From positions 114,273 through 178,272 of the forward strand of contig JAZNUB010000069.1 of assembly GCA_045592105.1 (NCBI GenBank): a stretch of DNA of 64,000 nt. The letters are read 5' to 3'. Below are positions 28,538 to 37,743 of this stretch, in pieces. Position 1 is the stretch's first letter, and each line of letters begins with the position of its first letter. Origin of the DNA: Eubacteriales bacterium (GTDB taxonomy: Bacteria > Bacillota > Clostridia > Oscillospirales > CAG-382). Made by a program: the position numbers and the translations under genes. The notes under the pieces are model-generated. The model ran no database searches and had not been told where the DNA came from. It was given only the letters and a program-made list of their open reading frames with translations.

Positions 28538-29649
28538 GCCAAAAAACACCTTCTGTTAAACAGCCGCTTTTTCATATAGTAAAGCGCGATGCTATGCCTT
28601 GGTGGAAATCGTGGCTTGTTAGGGTTCTTGCTGTTGTTGCTGGCCTTGTTGTTTGCGGTGTTATATCTTATTTTCTTACCAAGGAGAACCCTTTAAAGAT
28701 ATACCAAACGATGTACGACGGTTCTTTCGGTACCGAGCGCAGAATATGGAATATGATGTATGAGGTAGCCATTCTTTTGGCTATATCGTTGGCTGTAACC
28801 CCTGCGTTTAAGATGCGGTTTTGGAATATAGGCGCTGAAGGTCAAGTGCTTATAGGCGGTCTTGCAGCCGCGGCGTGCATGATAAAGATAGGCGATAAAG
28901 TAAATAACGGCGTTCTTATCGGCATAATGGTTGTTGCAAGCGTTGCCGCGGGTATTGTATGGGCGGTGCTTCCCGCTGTGTGTAAAGCGTTTTGGAATAC
29001 CAACGAAACACTTTTTACGCTAATGATGAACTATATAGCAATGCAGATTATTGCATATTTTTCGTTTATATGGTCGGTGCCTAAGGGTGCAGGTCAAATC
29101 GGCGTTATTAACTCCAATACAGAGGCGGGCTGGCTTCCTATCATAGGCGATCAAAGATATCTGCTTATCATCATTGTTACAGCGGTTTTAACAGCGTTGA
29201 TGTTTGTGTACCTTAAGTATACAAAGCAGGGATATGAGATTGCCGTTGTTGGCGAAAGTGAAAACACGGCGCGCTACATTGGTATAAACGTTAAAAAAGT
29301 TATTATCAGAACGCTTGTTATTTCAGGTGCTATCGCAGGGCTTGTTGGCTTCCTTATAGTTTCGGGTGCGGACCATACCGTTAATAACGAAACGGCGGGC
29401 GGTCAAGGCTTTACGGCAATAATGGTTTCTTGGCTTGCTAAGTTCAATCCCTTGTATATGATACTTACCGCGTTTATGATAATCTTTTTCCAACGTGGTG
29501 CAACGGAAATAACCACTATTTTCCCTGATTTGAATGAGTCCTTTGCAGAAATAATTACAGGTATTATAATCTTCTTTATTATCGGGTGTGAATTCTTTAT
29601 TAATTATAAGATAGTATTCCGTAGCTTAAAAAAAGGGGGTAAAAAATAA
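28534..29649 (+). CDS. Nucleoside ABC transporter permease
   Basis: WNIGAEGQ, NETLFTLMMNY, GESENTARYIGI. Confidence 0.9.
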   Translation: MSQKTPSVKQPLFHIVKRDAMPWWKSWLVRVLAVVAGLVVCGVISYFLTKENPLKIYQTMYDGSFGTERRIWNMMYEVAILLAISLAVTPAFKMRFWNIGAEGQVLIGGLAAAACMIKIGDKVNNGVLIGIMVVASVAAGIVWAVLPAVCKAFWNTNETLFTLMMNYIAMQIIAYFSFIWSVPKGAGQIGVINSNTEAGWLPIIGDQRYLLIIIVTAVLTALMFVYLKYTKQGYEIAVVGESENTARYIGINVKKVIIRTLVISGAIAGLVGFLIVSGADHTVNNETAGGQGFTAIMVSWLAKFNPLYMILTAFMIIFFQRGATEITTIFPDLNESFAEIITGIIIFFIIGCEFFINYKIVFRSLKKGGKK

Positions 29650-30635
29650 TGATTGCTGCTTTTATACAACGTGCGGTTATTCAAGGTATCCCCTTGTTAT
29701 TTGGCTCTACGGGTGAAATTCTTACTGAAAAATCGGGGCATTTAAACCTCGGCATCCCCGGCATAATGTATGCCGGCGGTATCGGTGGCGTTATCGGTGC
29801 ATTTTTGTATGAAAACTCATTTGCGGATAAAACACAAATGAATCCTTTTCTTGCAATAATGATACCGCTTTTATCCTCTATGCTTTGTTCCTTGCTTATG
29901 GGCTTGATTTATTGCTTCCTAACGATAACTCTCCGCGCTAACCAAAACGTTACAGGTCTTGCGCTCACAACGTTTGGCGTTGGTTTTGGTAACTTCTTTG
30001 GCGGCTCTCTTATTAAGCTAACAGATAGTGATGTTCCATCCATCGCGCTTTCAAACACCAGTAATTTCTTTAGGGCAAGCTTACCATTTGCCGATAAGCT
30101 TGGATGGTTTGGCAAAATATTCCTGTCGTACAGCTTTTTAGCTTATCTTGCGATCATTATAGCGTTGGTTTGTGCTTTTGTGCTGAAACGCACGCGTGTG
30201 GGCTTAAATTTGCGCGCGATAGGCGAAAGCCCTGCAACTGCAGACGCGGCAGGTGTAAACGTAAACCGTTACAAATATCTTGCAACCTGTATCGGTAGTG
30301 TTATTGCAGGCTTGGGCGGCTTGTATTACGTTATGGATTACGCTTCGGGCGTTTGGTCTAACGATGCGTTTGGTGACCGTGGCTGGCTTGCCATTGCACT
30401 TGTAATCTTTGCTATATGGAATCCCAATTTTGGCATCCTCGGCTCGATTTTGTTTGGTGGCTTGTATATAGTTTATAACTACATTCCAAACTCCAGCTTT
30501 GCTATGCAAGAGCTTATAAAGATGCTTCCGTACGTTGTTACGATTATAGTGCTTGTTATTACAAGCATGCTCCGTAGGCGTGAAACTCAGCCGCCTGCAA
30601 GCTTGGGGCTTCCATACTTCCGCGAGGACAGATAG
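29649..30635 (+). CDS. Nucleoside ABC transporter permease
   Basis: GEILTEKSGHLNLG, GESPATADAAGVNV, GWLAIALV, PASLGLPY. Confidence 0.9.
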   Translation: MIAAFIQRAVIQGIPLLFGSTGEILTEKSGHLNLGIPGIMYAGGIGGVIGAFLYENSFADKTQMNPFLAIMIPLLSSMLCSLLMGLIYCFLTITLRANQNVTGLALTTFGVGFGNFFGGSLIKLTDSDVPSIALSNTSNFFRASLPFADKLGWFGKIFLSYSFLAYLAIIIALVCAFVLKRTRVGLNLRAIGESPATADAAGVNVNRYKYLATCIGSVIAGLGGLYYVMDYASGVWSNDAFGDRGWLAIALVIFAIWNPNFGILGSILFGGLYIVYNYIPNSSFAMQELIKMLPYVVTIIVLVITSMLRRRETQPPASLGLPYFREDR

Positions 30636-30649
30636 AATTAAAAAAGTTT

Positions 30650-30681
30650 ATCCCGCTGCGAATTTTGGTTCGTAGCGGGAT
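30650..30681. terminator. Terminator between convergent genes
   Basis: ATCCCGCTGCGAA..TTCGTAGCGGGAT. Confidence 0.7.
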
Positions 30682-30689
30682 CTATGTTT

Positions 30690-31304
30690 TTATTTCTGCT
30701 TTTTCTTTTTGTTTCTCTTGCTTATTTTTATACCAAAGCATAGCGCGGTAACAATCTGTGAAGGTATACCAATAACAAAGACTAACCAATAGTTACCAAC
30801 GCCTGCAACTAAAAGTGTAAGATACAAACCAAGTAATAAAGACCATATAAGCAGGGAAATGATAAACAGATTATTTCGTTTTTTGAACCAAAGCGAGTTT
30901 AAAACGAGCAATACAATAAAGCAAACGGGTAAGCTGTCAATAAATATTATCCACATAGCTTGTTGTGTTGCAGACCACACAGCGGTAAAAGCAACTGTTG
31001 CAAGCAAAAGCACGCCTATAATTGATATAGAGCTGATAAGCATGTGGTTGCGCCTTGCTGTTTCTTTTTTTGTTGCAACCTTCTCGTTTAACTGGTGGGG
31101 TACAAGTATGTAGTCAACAGTAACGTCAAAAATATCTGCGATATTTTTTAGCACATACACGTCCGGAACGGACTCTCCACGTTCCCATTTTGAAATAGAC
31201 TTGTCGGAATATCCAAGCTTTTCAGCAAGCTCTGCTTGTGTAAGCTTTGCATTAGTTCTTAAAGCGGCAATGTTTGCCGCAACAGCTTTTCTTAGTTCGT
31301 CCAT
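30690..31304 (-). CDS. XRE-family HTH regulator with about 4 C-terminal TM helices
   Basis: LTQAELAEKLGYSDKSISKWERG plus hydrophobic C-terminal half. Confidence 0.88.
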   Translation of the reverse strand: MDELRKAVAANIAALRTNAKLTQAELAEKLGYSDKSISKWERGESVPDVYVLKNIADIFDVTVDYILVPHQLNEKVATKKETARRNHMLISSISIIGVLLLATVAFTAVWSATQQAMWIIFIDSLPVCFIVLLVLNSLWFKKRNNLFIISLLIWSLLLGLYLTLLVAGVGNYWLVFVIGIPSQIVTALCFGIKISKRNKKKKQK

Positions 31305-31354
31305 AGTATCACCTTAATAAAATAGAGCTGAAAACCCGCATAAAATAAGGGCTT

Positions 31355-31369
31355 TCTACTAATAGTAGA
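31355..31369. promoter_or_regulatory. Palindromic operator candidate
   Basis: TCTACTA-A-TAGTAGA perfect 7-1-7 inverted repeat between divergent genes. Confidence 0.6.
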
Positions 31370-31513
31370 GTTGCAGAAAAACACTCTACTTTGGCAAGAA
31401 GAAACAGTATAGTTAAAAAACGCGCTTAGGGGTGGTGTTTTTTGCAGAGAATATTATAATAAATGTACGTCAATCGTAAGTGCGCGTGACAATTATGAAA
31501 GTGAGATGTTCTA

Positions 31514-32188
31514 ATGAAGAAGCTTATTATTTTAGGGGATTCGATACTTAAGGGTGTAACCTTCTCTTCCGAGAACGGAAGGTATAAGCTTTGCCTCCCT
31601 AATTATGACAAGCTTGATGAAGAAGGCTTTGAGGTGAAAAATTTCTCAAAAATGGGTGCCACCATCGAGTACGGTGAGCGCGTTCTTAAAGAAGAGCTAA
31701 AAGATAGCGATGACGATTGTATTGTTCTTTTTGAATACGGCGGAAACGATTGTGATTATCCATGGAAAGATATTTCCGAAAACCCTAATGATGAGCATAA
31801 TTGCCGTACAGCACCAAGTGTTTTTGAAAAAACATATAAAACCTGTGTTGAGTATGCACGCTCTATGGGAGCAAAAGTTTTAATTTCAAACCTACCTCCG
31901 CTTGATAGCGATAAGTATATGGATTGGATAAGCCGAGGTCTTGATTATGATGTTATTTTAAATTGGCTTGGCGATAAGAGTATGCTTTATCGTTGGCACG
32001 AGAACTACAATCGTTTGGTTGAGAGAATTGCCGATAAATTTGACATATCTCTGGTTGATGTTAGAGGTGCATTTTTAACAGCACATAATTTTAAAACCTT
32101 GATCAGTGCCGATGGTATACACCCAACCGAGGATGGGCACAGCCTTATTAACAAAACAATAACTAACGCTGTTCTCGCTTCAATATAA
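31514..32188 (+). CDS. SGNH/GDSL hydrolase
   Basis: LGDSI, YGGND, DGIHP blocks. Confidence 0.9.
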   Translation: MKKLIILGDSILKGVTFSSENGRYKLCLPNYDKLDEEGFEVKNFSKMGATIEYGERVLKEELKDSDDDCIVLFEYGGNDCDYPWKDISENPNDEHNCRTAPSVFEKTYKTCVEYARSMGAKVLISNLPPLDSDKYMDWISRGLDYDVILNWLGDKSMLYRWHENYNRLVERIADKFDISLVDVRGAFLTAHNFKTLISADGIHPTEDGHSLINKTITNAVLASI

Positions 32189-32229
32189 TATACCACAAAT
32201 TATCATAGTTTTCAATAGCAACATTACAA

Positions 32230-32253
32230 ATGCCCGGCAATATCGTCGGGCAT
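32230..32253. terminator. Terminator between convergent genes
   Basis: ATGCCCGGC..GTCGGGCAT. Confidence 0.6.
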
Positions 32254-32257
32254 AATT

Positions 32258-32713
32258 TTATGAAGCGGTATTGATATTTTCTGCTAGCATATTACCAAGC
32301 GCCGTTGCCTCGGCTTCAAACCAAATGGCATCATATAGCGTTTTGTTTTTCTTTTTAAAAACCTTGCGCTTTATATTCCTGTAATGATATCTCGTAAAGG
32401 AGGGAATAGACACAATAAATGGCATCAAAGGGCCGTAAAAAGCATTCTGTATAGCGTGCCCGTGCTCGTGCTGTAGTAGATAATCGGTAGGGTTTTTGCA
32501 GGTGAAAATAAAAATACCAACGCTCAAACCACCGCCTATGTACTTAGACTCAAATGCGATACAATACCCAAATCGTTTTGGTTTGTGCAGCGTTATAATG
32601 AACAACAAGGCATAAACACTTCCTACCAAAGTAAGAAGCGAGCCCCATGTAAAATTAAGTAAATAAAATAGCCACTTACTGCAAAAACGCTTTTTTAAAA
32701 GCTTGGTTAGCAT
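32258..32713 (-). CDS. Small membrane protein with an HExxH motif (putative Zn metallopeptidase)
   Basis: QHEHGHAIQ and downstream WFEAEA; two hydrophobic segments. Confidence 0.65.
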   Translation of the reverse strand: MLTKLLKKRFCSKWLFYLLNFTWGSLLTLVGSVYALLFIITLHKPKRFGYCIAFESKYIGGGLSVGIFIFTCKNPTDYLLQHEHGHAIQNAFYGPLMPFIVSIPSFTRYHYRNIKRKVFKKKNKTLYDAIWFEAEATALGNMLAENINTAS

Positions 32714-32766
32714 TAAAACACCTCGTAATATGAAAAATTATGCCCCTGCGAAAGCAAGGGCAATAT

Positions 32767-33594
32767 TTATGCTTTGTTAATTGCATCGTTCATTCTATTG
32801 GAAATCTCCGAAAGCTGTGCAACGCTTAACTCCTCACCACGCACGGTTGGGCTGTGTAGGGAAGAAACGATGCTTTGTATATCGTCTTTAGAAAGCTCGT
32901 TAATAACCGATGAAAGCGAATTTACAAGTGTTTTACGCCTCATAGCAAACGCGCCCTTAAGTACTCTAAAAAACAGCTTCTCGTTATCGGGCTTAACAGG
33001 CTTATCCTTATACGGCGTTATGGTAATAACAGCCGAATCAACTTTTGGCTTTGGCGAAAAGTTCGCCGCACCAACGTTAAACTGCTTTTTAACCGCCGCG
33101 TAATAGCTTACAGCGGCAGTTACAGCACCGTATTGTGCGCTGGCGGGGGGCGCGGTAAGCCTTTCCGCAACCTCTTTTTGTATCATAATAGTTATATTGC
33201 GAAAGCCGTATCCACCCTCCAATAAAGCCATTATTATCGGTGTTGTTATATAATACGGCAAGTTAGCGCAAACAACACAGTCAAGCCCGTTAAACTCTTG
33301 CTTTATTATTTCGTTAAGGTTGCATTTTAACACGTCGTTATTTATTATTTTAACGTTATCTGTGTCAGAAAAGCGTTCTTCAAGGTAGGGGATAAGCTCG
33401 CTGTCTATTTCAATAGCAACAACCTTCGCCGCGCGAAGTGATAGCTGTTTTGTTAGTATCCCCATTCCCGGTCCTATCTCTATAACCCCACAATTTTTAT
33501 CCACCCCGCAAGCTTCTGCTATGCGGATTGGAATTTTATCGCTTGTGAGGAAATTCTGCCCTAAAGCTTTTTTTTTAGTGAAGGTATCGGTCAT
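32767..33594 (-). CDS. rsmA: 16S rRNA m6,2A dimethyltransferase
   Basis: KKALGQNFL, EIGPGMG, ANLPYYITTP, QKEVAER, PKVDSAV. Confidence 0.95.
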   Translation of the reverse strand: MTDTFTKKKALGQNFLTSDKIPIRIAEACGVDKNCGVIEIGPGMGILTKQLSLRAAKVVAIEIDSELIPYLEERFSDTDNVKIINNDVLKCNLNEIIKQEFNGLDCVVCANLPYYITTPIIMALLEGGYGFRNITIMIQKEVAERLTAPPASAQYGAVTAAVSYYAAVKKQFNVGAANFSPKPKVDSAVITITPYKDKPVKPDNEKLFFRVLKGAFAMRRKTLVNSLSSVINELSKDDIQSIVSSLHSPTVRGEELSVAQLSEISNRMNDAINKA

Positions 33595-34161
33595 TTAGCT
33601 TTCCTTATCAATTACTGTTAAAAATTTTGCAGTACCGTCTATTGCAAACTGCCCATGAGGGATACGAGGGTCAAAATAGATGCAGTCCCCCGTTTCAAGA
33701 GTGAGCGTTTTTTTGCCGATGGTAACGCCAATTTTGCCTTCAAGCACGTAGTTAAGCTCCTGCCCGCCGTGAGAAACAAGCTCGGGAGGTGTATCAGACG
33801 GGGCGATAGTAACAAGCATAGGCTCCTTATTTCTGCCTATATAATTGTGCGCCAACGCCTCAAACGCATAGCCTTCGTAGCGCTTTATTGCAATACCTTG
33901 GTCCTTGCGTGTAACCGTATAGTCATACATACGCGGAGCTTCACCTGTTAATATCTCCGTTGCATCAACGCCAAAAATAGAGGCAACAGCGTAAATAACG
34001 CTGATGGGTATATCCTTTTCGCCGTTTTCGTATTCAACATACAGCGATACAGGGATATCAAGCTTTTCCGCAACCTCGGTTGTTGAAAGATCTAATATAT
34101 CACGAAGGTAATGTATACGCTCCGTAACCTGCTTTAGCTTGTCCTTGTGTTCAGTATACAT
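33595..34161 (-). CDS. XRE HTH plus cupin transcriptional regulator
   Basis: N-terminal HTH; HGGQE..VLEG..GDCIYFD..PH cupin. Confidence 0.88.
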   Translation of the reverse strand: MYTEHKDKLKQVTERIHYLRDILDLSTTEVAEKLDIPVSLYVEYENGEKDIPISVIYAVASIFGVDATEILTGEAPRMYDYTVTRKDQGIAIKRYEGYAFEALAHNYIGRNKEPMLVTIAPSDTPPELVSHGGQELNYVLEGKIGVTIGKKTLTLETGDCIYFDPRIPHGQFAIDGTAKFLTVIDKES

Positions 34162-34197
34162 CTTTTGTCCCCCTATATAAATATTAATCAGATTAGT

Positions 34198-35022
34198 CTA
34201 AATTATATCACATTTGCTGTTTACAGTCAAGAAGTTTTCTGCCAAAACGGCTTTTGGTCTGTACGAAAAGGCATAACGGTTGTATGTACTATCATCCATA
34301 GAGCATACGTTTTCTAGTGTGAATGAGCTGATAAAGCTGTTTTTAAAATACTCTATTTTGCTGTATTCGGCTTTCTTGTTGTATGGGCATACGTTTTGGC
34401 ATATATCGCAGCCCCAAACGGTTGCCGTTTTATTTAAAGCTTCACGTTCAGCATCAGTTTTTTTCTTTTTTTGCGATATGGAGGAAAGGCATTTTTCTCG
34501 CACAAAGCTGCTGCCGTTTAGTGCACCTGAAGGGCAAGCAGCAATACAAGCGTTGCAGATACCACAGCTGTATTTATTTTTAAACAGCCTTTCAGTAAGC
34601 TTGCTTGTAAACAATAGCTCCGCAATGAAAACGTAGCTTCCGTATTTAGGGTTTATTAACAGCCCGTTTTTGCCTATAAATCCAAGCCCTGCATCTTTTG
34701 CGGCGGCTTTTTCATCAATAGGCGAATGATCCGCAAATCCAAAAATCTCACCACCGTAGATCGCTTTTAATTGTGGTATAATCCTTTCAAATAAAGAGCT
34801 TGCGTATAAATGATAGTCCATACAGCGCGCAAAAAGACCAACGTTATAATTGTCAACTAATTTTATACTTTTATGTCGATAGGGTATTAGTAGCACTATA
34901 GCACTTTGGATTTCTTCCTCGGTTTTTATCAAGCGTTGATTAATAATGCTAAGCTTCTGAAAATCAATAACTGCAAATTCTGTAATGCCTTCATTTTTAA
35001 ATAATGCTTTTAAATGTTCCAT
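34198..35022 (-). CDS. queG: Epoxyqueuosine reductase QueG-like Fe-S protein
   Basis: DYH, AGLGFIGKN, YGSYVF, CGICNACIAACP, WGCDICQNVCP. Confidence 0.8.
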   Translation of the reverse strand: MEHLKALFKNEGITEFAVIDFQKLSIINQRLIKTEEEIQSAIVLLIPYRHKSIKLVDNYNVGLFARCMDYHLYASSLFERIIPQLKAIYGGEIFGFADHSPIDEKAAAKDAGLGFIGKNGLLINPKYGSYVFIAELLFTSKLTERLFKNKYSCGICNACIAACPSGALNGSSFVREKCLSSISQKKKKTDAEREALNKTATVWGCDICQNVCPYNKKAEYSKIEYFKNSFISSFTLENVCSMDDSTYNRYAFSYRPKAVLAENFLTVNSKCDII

Positions 35023-35077
35023 AAAGTTCTCCGTTAAGTTGGGTGCACCTAAAATCCCCCGCTTCTTATGTGCAACA

Positions 35078-35112
35078 AATCACCCCAAGAAGCCATTCGG
35101 CTTCTTGGGGAC
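35078..35112. repeat. REP-like palindromic element, copy 1
   Basis: AATCA-CCCCAAGAAGCC-attc-GGCTTCTTGGGG-AC; near-identical copy at 59497. Confidence 0.75.
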
Positions 35113-35124
35113 TCCGATAAAAAC

Positions 35125-35150
35125 AGCCGCCGTAAGAAAAAACGGCGGCT
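35125..35150 (-). terminator. rpsF-ssb-rpsR terminator
   Basis: AGCCGCCGT/ACGGCGGCT stem followed by a T-run on the minus strand. Confidence 0.8.
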
Positions 35151-35160
35151 ATAAATCGTA

Positions 35161-35433
35161 CTAGTCAGATACGTAGGGGATAAGTGCAACGTGTCTTGCG
35201 CGCTTAACAGCAACAGTAAGCTGTCTCTGATGCTTAGCGCAAGTACCGGTAACACGGCGGGGAAGTATCTTAGACCTTTCGGAAAGGTTTCTTCTGAGCT
35301 TAAGAGTATCCTTATAATCGATATGCTCTATCTTGTCAGCGCAGAAAGCGCAAACCTTTTTTCTCTTCTTAGGTCTGAAGGGCTTTTGACCCTGTGCCTG
35401 TGCGTTAGCCTCGGTTCTTACCTCTTTATCCAA
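35161..35433 (-). CDS. rpsR: 30S ribosomal protein S18
   Basis: [36 protein letters not shown]. Confidence 0.96.
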   Translation of the reverse strand: MDKEVRTEANAQAQGQKPFRPKKRKKVCAFCADKIEHIDYKDTLKLRRNLSERSKILPRRVTGTCAKHQRQLTVAVKRARHVALIPYVSD

Positions 35434-35467
35434 AGCAGTAACCTCCTTTTACAATAATCTGTTATAA

Positions 35468-35908
35468 TTAGAACGGAAGCTCGTCATCAGCAGAAAGCTC
35501 CTCAAAAGAACCGTCTACCTTAGGAGAGCTGTAATTTGGCATCTCGTTCACGGATGCCTCGCGCGCCATAGGAGCGCCATCAACCTTGCGGTCAACAAAG
35601 CTGCATTCATCAGCAACTATTTCGTAAGAAATACGTTTACCGCCGTTTGCATCTGTCCACGAACGGGTTTGAAGGGAGCCGCATACCAATATGGACCTAC
35701 CTTTGTTGAAGAAGCGCGTTACAAACTCTGCGGTTTGACGCCATGCAACAACATCAAAAAAATCCGTTTGCGGTTGCTCGCCCGCCCTTGTAAAACGCCT
35801 TGAAACGGCGATTCTAAAGGTTGTAACGGCTGTACCGTTTTGTGTTTGCTTAAGCTCCGGGTCAGCAACAAGGTTGCCTACCATTATGACTTTGTTAAAG
35901 CTTGCCAT
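35468..35908 (-). CDS. ssb: Single-stranded DNA-binding protein
   Basis: NKVIMVGNLVADPE, C-terminal DDELPF. Confidence 0.96.
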   Translation of the reverse strand: MASFNKVIMVGNLVADPELKQTQNGTAVTTFRIAVSRRFTRAGEQPQTDFFDVVAWRQTAEFVTRFFNKGRSILVCGSLQTRSWTDANGGKRISYEIVADECSFVDRKVDGAPMAREASVNEMPNYSSPKVDGSFEELSADDELPF

Positions 35909-35935
35909 AACTCCTCCTGTGTGAACTGTAATGCC

Positions 35936-36232
35936 TTAGCCTTCTACTCTTGTGATGAGAGAGCGGAGAATACCATCGGTAATGTTAAAAATTCTATCAA
36001 GCTCTGCCGGGAAATCGGGAGCAGCTTCGAACTTAACAAGTACATAGTAACCCTCTGTCAAATCGTTAATGGGGTATGCAAGCCTTCTGTTGCCCCAAAC
36101 ATTAACGGAATCGACTGTAGCGTTTGCCTCAATTATACCGTTGAACTTATCGGTAAGTGCGGTTATACCTTCTTCACCGAGAGAACTATCCACGATATAC
36201 AGACATTCGTACATTGCTTTCTTTTCCATCAT
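35936..36232 (-). CDS. rpsF: 30S ribosomal protein S6
   Basis: YECLYI, WGNRRLAYPI, EGYY; AGGAGG RBS. Confidence 0.95.
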   Translation of the reverse strand: MMEKKAMYECLYIVDSSLGEEGITALTDKFNGIIEANATVDSVNVWGNRRLAYPINDLTEGYYVLVKFEAAPDFPAELDRIFNITDGILRSLITRVEG

Positions 36233-36236
36233 TACA

Positions 36237-36280
36237 CCTCCTTTTGGTCTGTGGCCCTGCATCTCACAGGGCAAGGAGAA
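36237..36280 (-). promoter_or_regulatory. S6:S18-binding rpsF leader RNA
   Basis: CTCCTT-GCCC..stem..AAGGAGG: an anti-SD pairs with the SD next to a CCC element, as in described rpsF leaders. Confidence 0.65.
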
Positions 36281-36308
36281 AACAGATTAATGTTTTCCTA
36301 CTCATAGC

Positions 36309-36337
36309 ATAATATCAGATAATTTATCGTTTGTCAA
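36309..36337 (-). promoter_or_regulatory. Sigma-A promoter of the rpsF operon
   Basis: Minus strand TTGACA-17-TATTAT. Confidence 0.75.
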
Positions 36338-36344
36338 GAGTTTT

Positions 36345-37463
36345 TTATTGCTGTTGTGCCGCTCTTTCCTCTAAAAGCTTGCGTATCTTAGCCTTGGGGT
36401 CAAGAAGAGGAGAAATACTTTGGTCGTGGCTTAAGGTGTTTACTATCTTGCCAAGGAACTTGGAAAGGTCTACCTCCTCAAACCAGGGTTTATTTCTGAT
36501 TTCATCAGGAATATAGGAAAGGTTTGTGGAATAAAGCTTGGTAAGCTTACCTTCCTTATAAAGCTTATCGAACTTTGCAACGCCTTCGGTAAAGAAAGCA
36601 AATGTGCAAGCAACGTATGTGTTTTCGATTTTATAGTGTGAAATTTTGCGAATAATGTCGATAACAGATTCGCCCGATGCTATCATGTCATCAACTATAA
36701 GAACGCTCTTACCCTTAAGCGGGCTACCGAGGTATTTATGCTCAACTATCGGGTTCTTGCCGTTTACAACGCGAGAATGGTCACGTCTCTTGTAGAACAT
36801 GCCAACGTCAACACCAAGAACGTTTGCATAGAAAATTGCACGCTCCATTGCGCCTGTATCGGGGCTGATAACGGTAAGCTTCTTATTGTCGGTTAAATTT
36901 TCTGTAGTTATAAACCTCTTAAGAGTAGAGTATGTTGCCATACAGTTTTCAAAAGAAGTGAAGGGGATTGCGTTATGAATAGTGGGGTCGTGTGCATCAA
37001 AGGTGATTATGGTGTTTACACCCATATTTTCAAGCTCTTTTAAAGCCATAGCACAGTCCATAGATTCGCGCCCCTTGCGCTTGTGCTGACGGGATGCATA
37101 AAGCAAAGGCATTACAACGGTAACACGGTTGGCTTTGCCGCCGATTGCGCTAAGCACGCGTTTAAGGTCTTGGAAATGCTCGTCCGGCCCCATACGGTTT
37201 TCGTAACCAAACATATTGTAGGTACAGCTGTAATTACCAACGTCGGTAATAACATAAATATCACGCCCTCTAACGGAATCGGGAAGCTTAACCTTACCTT
37301 CGCCGTTGGAAAAACGCACTTCGTTAACTGGTATAATGTAGCTTTTTTCGCCTTTCTTTTCTCCGCGCATGGCAAGAATATGTTCTTCGATTTTTTCGCC
37401 AAAAGCTTTGCAATTGTTCATTACGATAATGCCAAGCTTGCCGTGATTCATCAATTCTGTCAT
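36345..37463 (-). CDS. prs: Ribose-phosphate pyrophosphokinase
   Basis: RFSNGEGK, YASRQH, FDAH, SPDTG, VDDMIASG. Confidence 0.93.
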   Translation of the reverse strand: MTELMNHGKLGIIVMNNCKAFGEKIEEHILAMRGEKKGEKSYIIPVNEVRFSNGEGKVKLPDSVRGRDIYVITDVGNYSCTYNMFGYENRMGPDEHFQDLKRVLSAIGGKANRVTVVMPLLYASRQHKRKGRESMDCAMALKELENMGVNTIITFDAHDPTIHNAIPFTSFENCMATYSTLKRFITTENLTDNKKLTVISPDTGAMERAIFYANVLGVDVGMFYKRRDHSRVVNGKNPIVEHKYLGSPLKGKSVLIVDDMIASGESVIDIIRKISHYKIENTYVACTFAFFTEGVAKFDKLYKEGKLTKLYSTNLSYIPDEIRNKPWFEEVDLSKFLGKIVNTLSHDQSISPLLDPKAKIRKLLEERAAQQQ

Positions 37464-37654
37464 AATAAGCTCCTCTCAACACAGTTATTCTGCAAAATGA
37501 AATATTTACTGATATTTTAACCTATATTTTGCTAAAAGTATATAGTCTTTTTTAACAAAAGGTTGCAAAAAAAACTAATTGTTTGGTTAAAAACAGCAAT
37601 AAATCTTCAAGATTGGGTTTATTATACGTTAAGAACAAATAATGTAAATAATTG

Positions 37655-37700
37655 TTGACAACTACTTTTAAATGTGTTAATATTAATCGAACATTAGTTC
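37655..37700 (+). promoter_or_regulatory. recA promoter with LexA (Cheo) box
   Basis: TTGACA-17-TAATAT with extended TG, then GAAC-ATTA-GTTC at 37689-37700. Confidence 0.85.
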
Positions 37701-37743
37701 ACACCAAAATCACAGGAGGGCGCACAACGGCGCGATTAATAAA

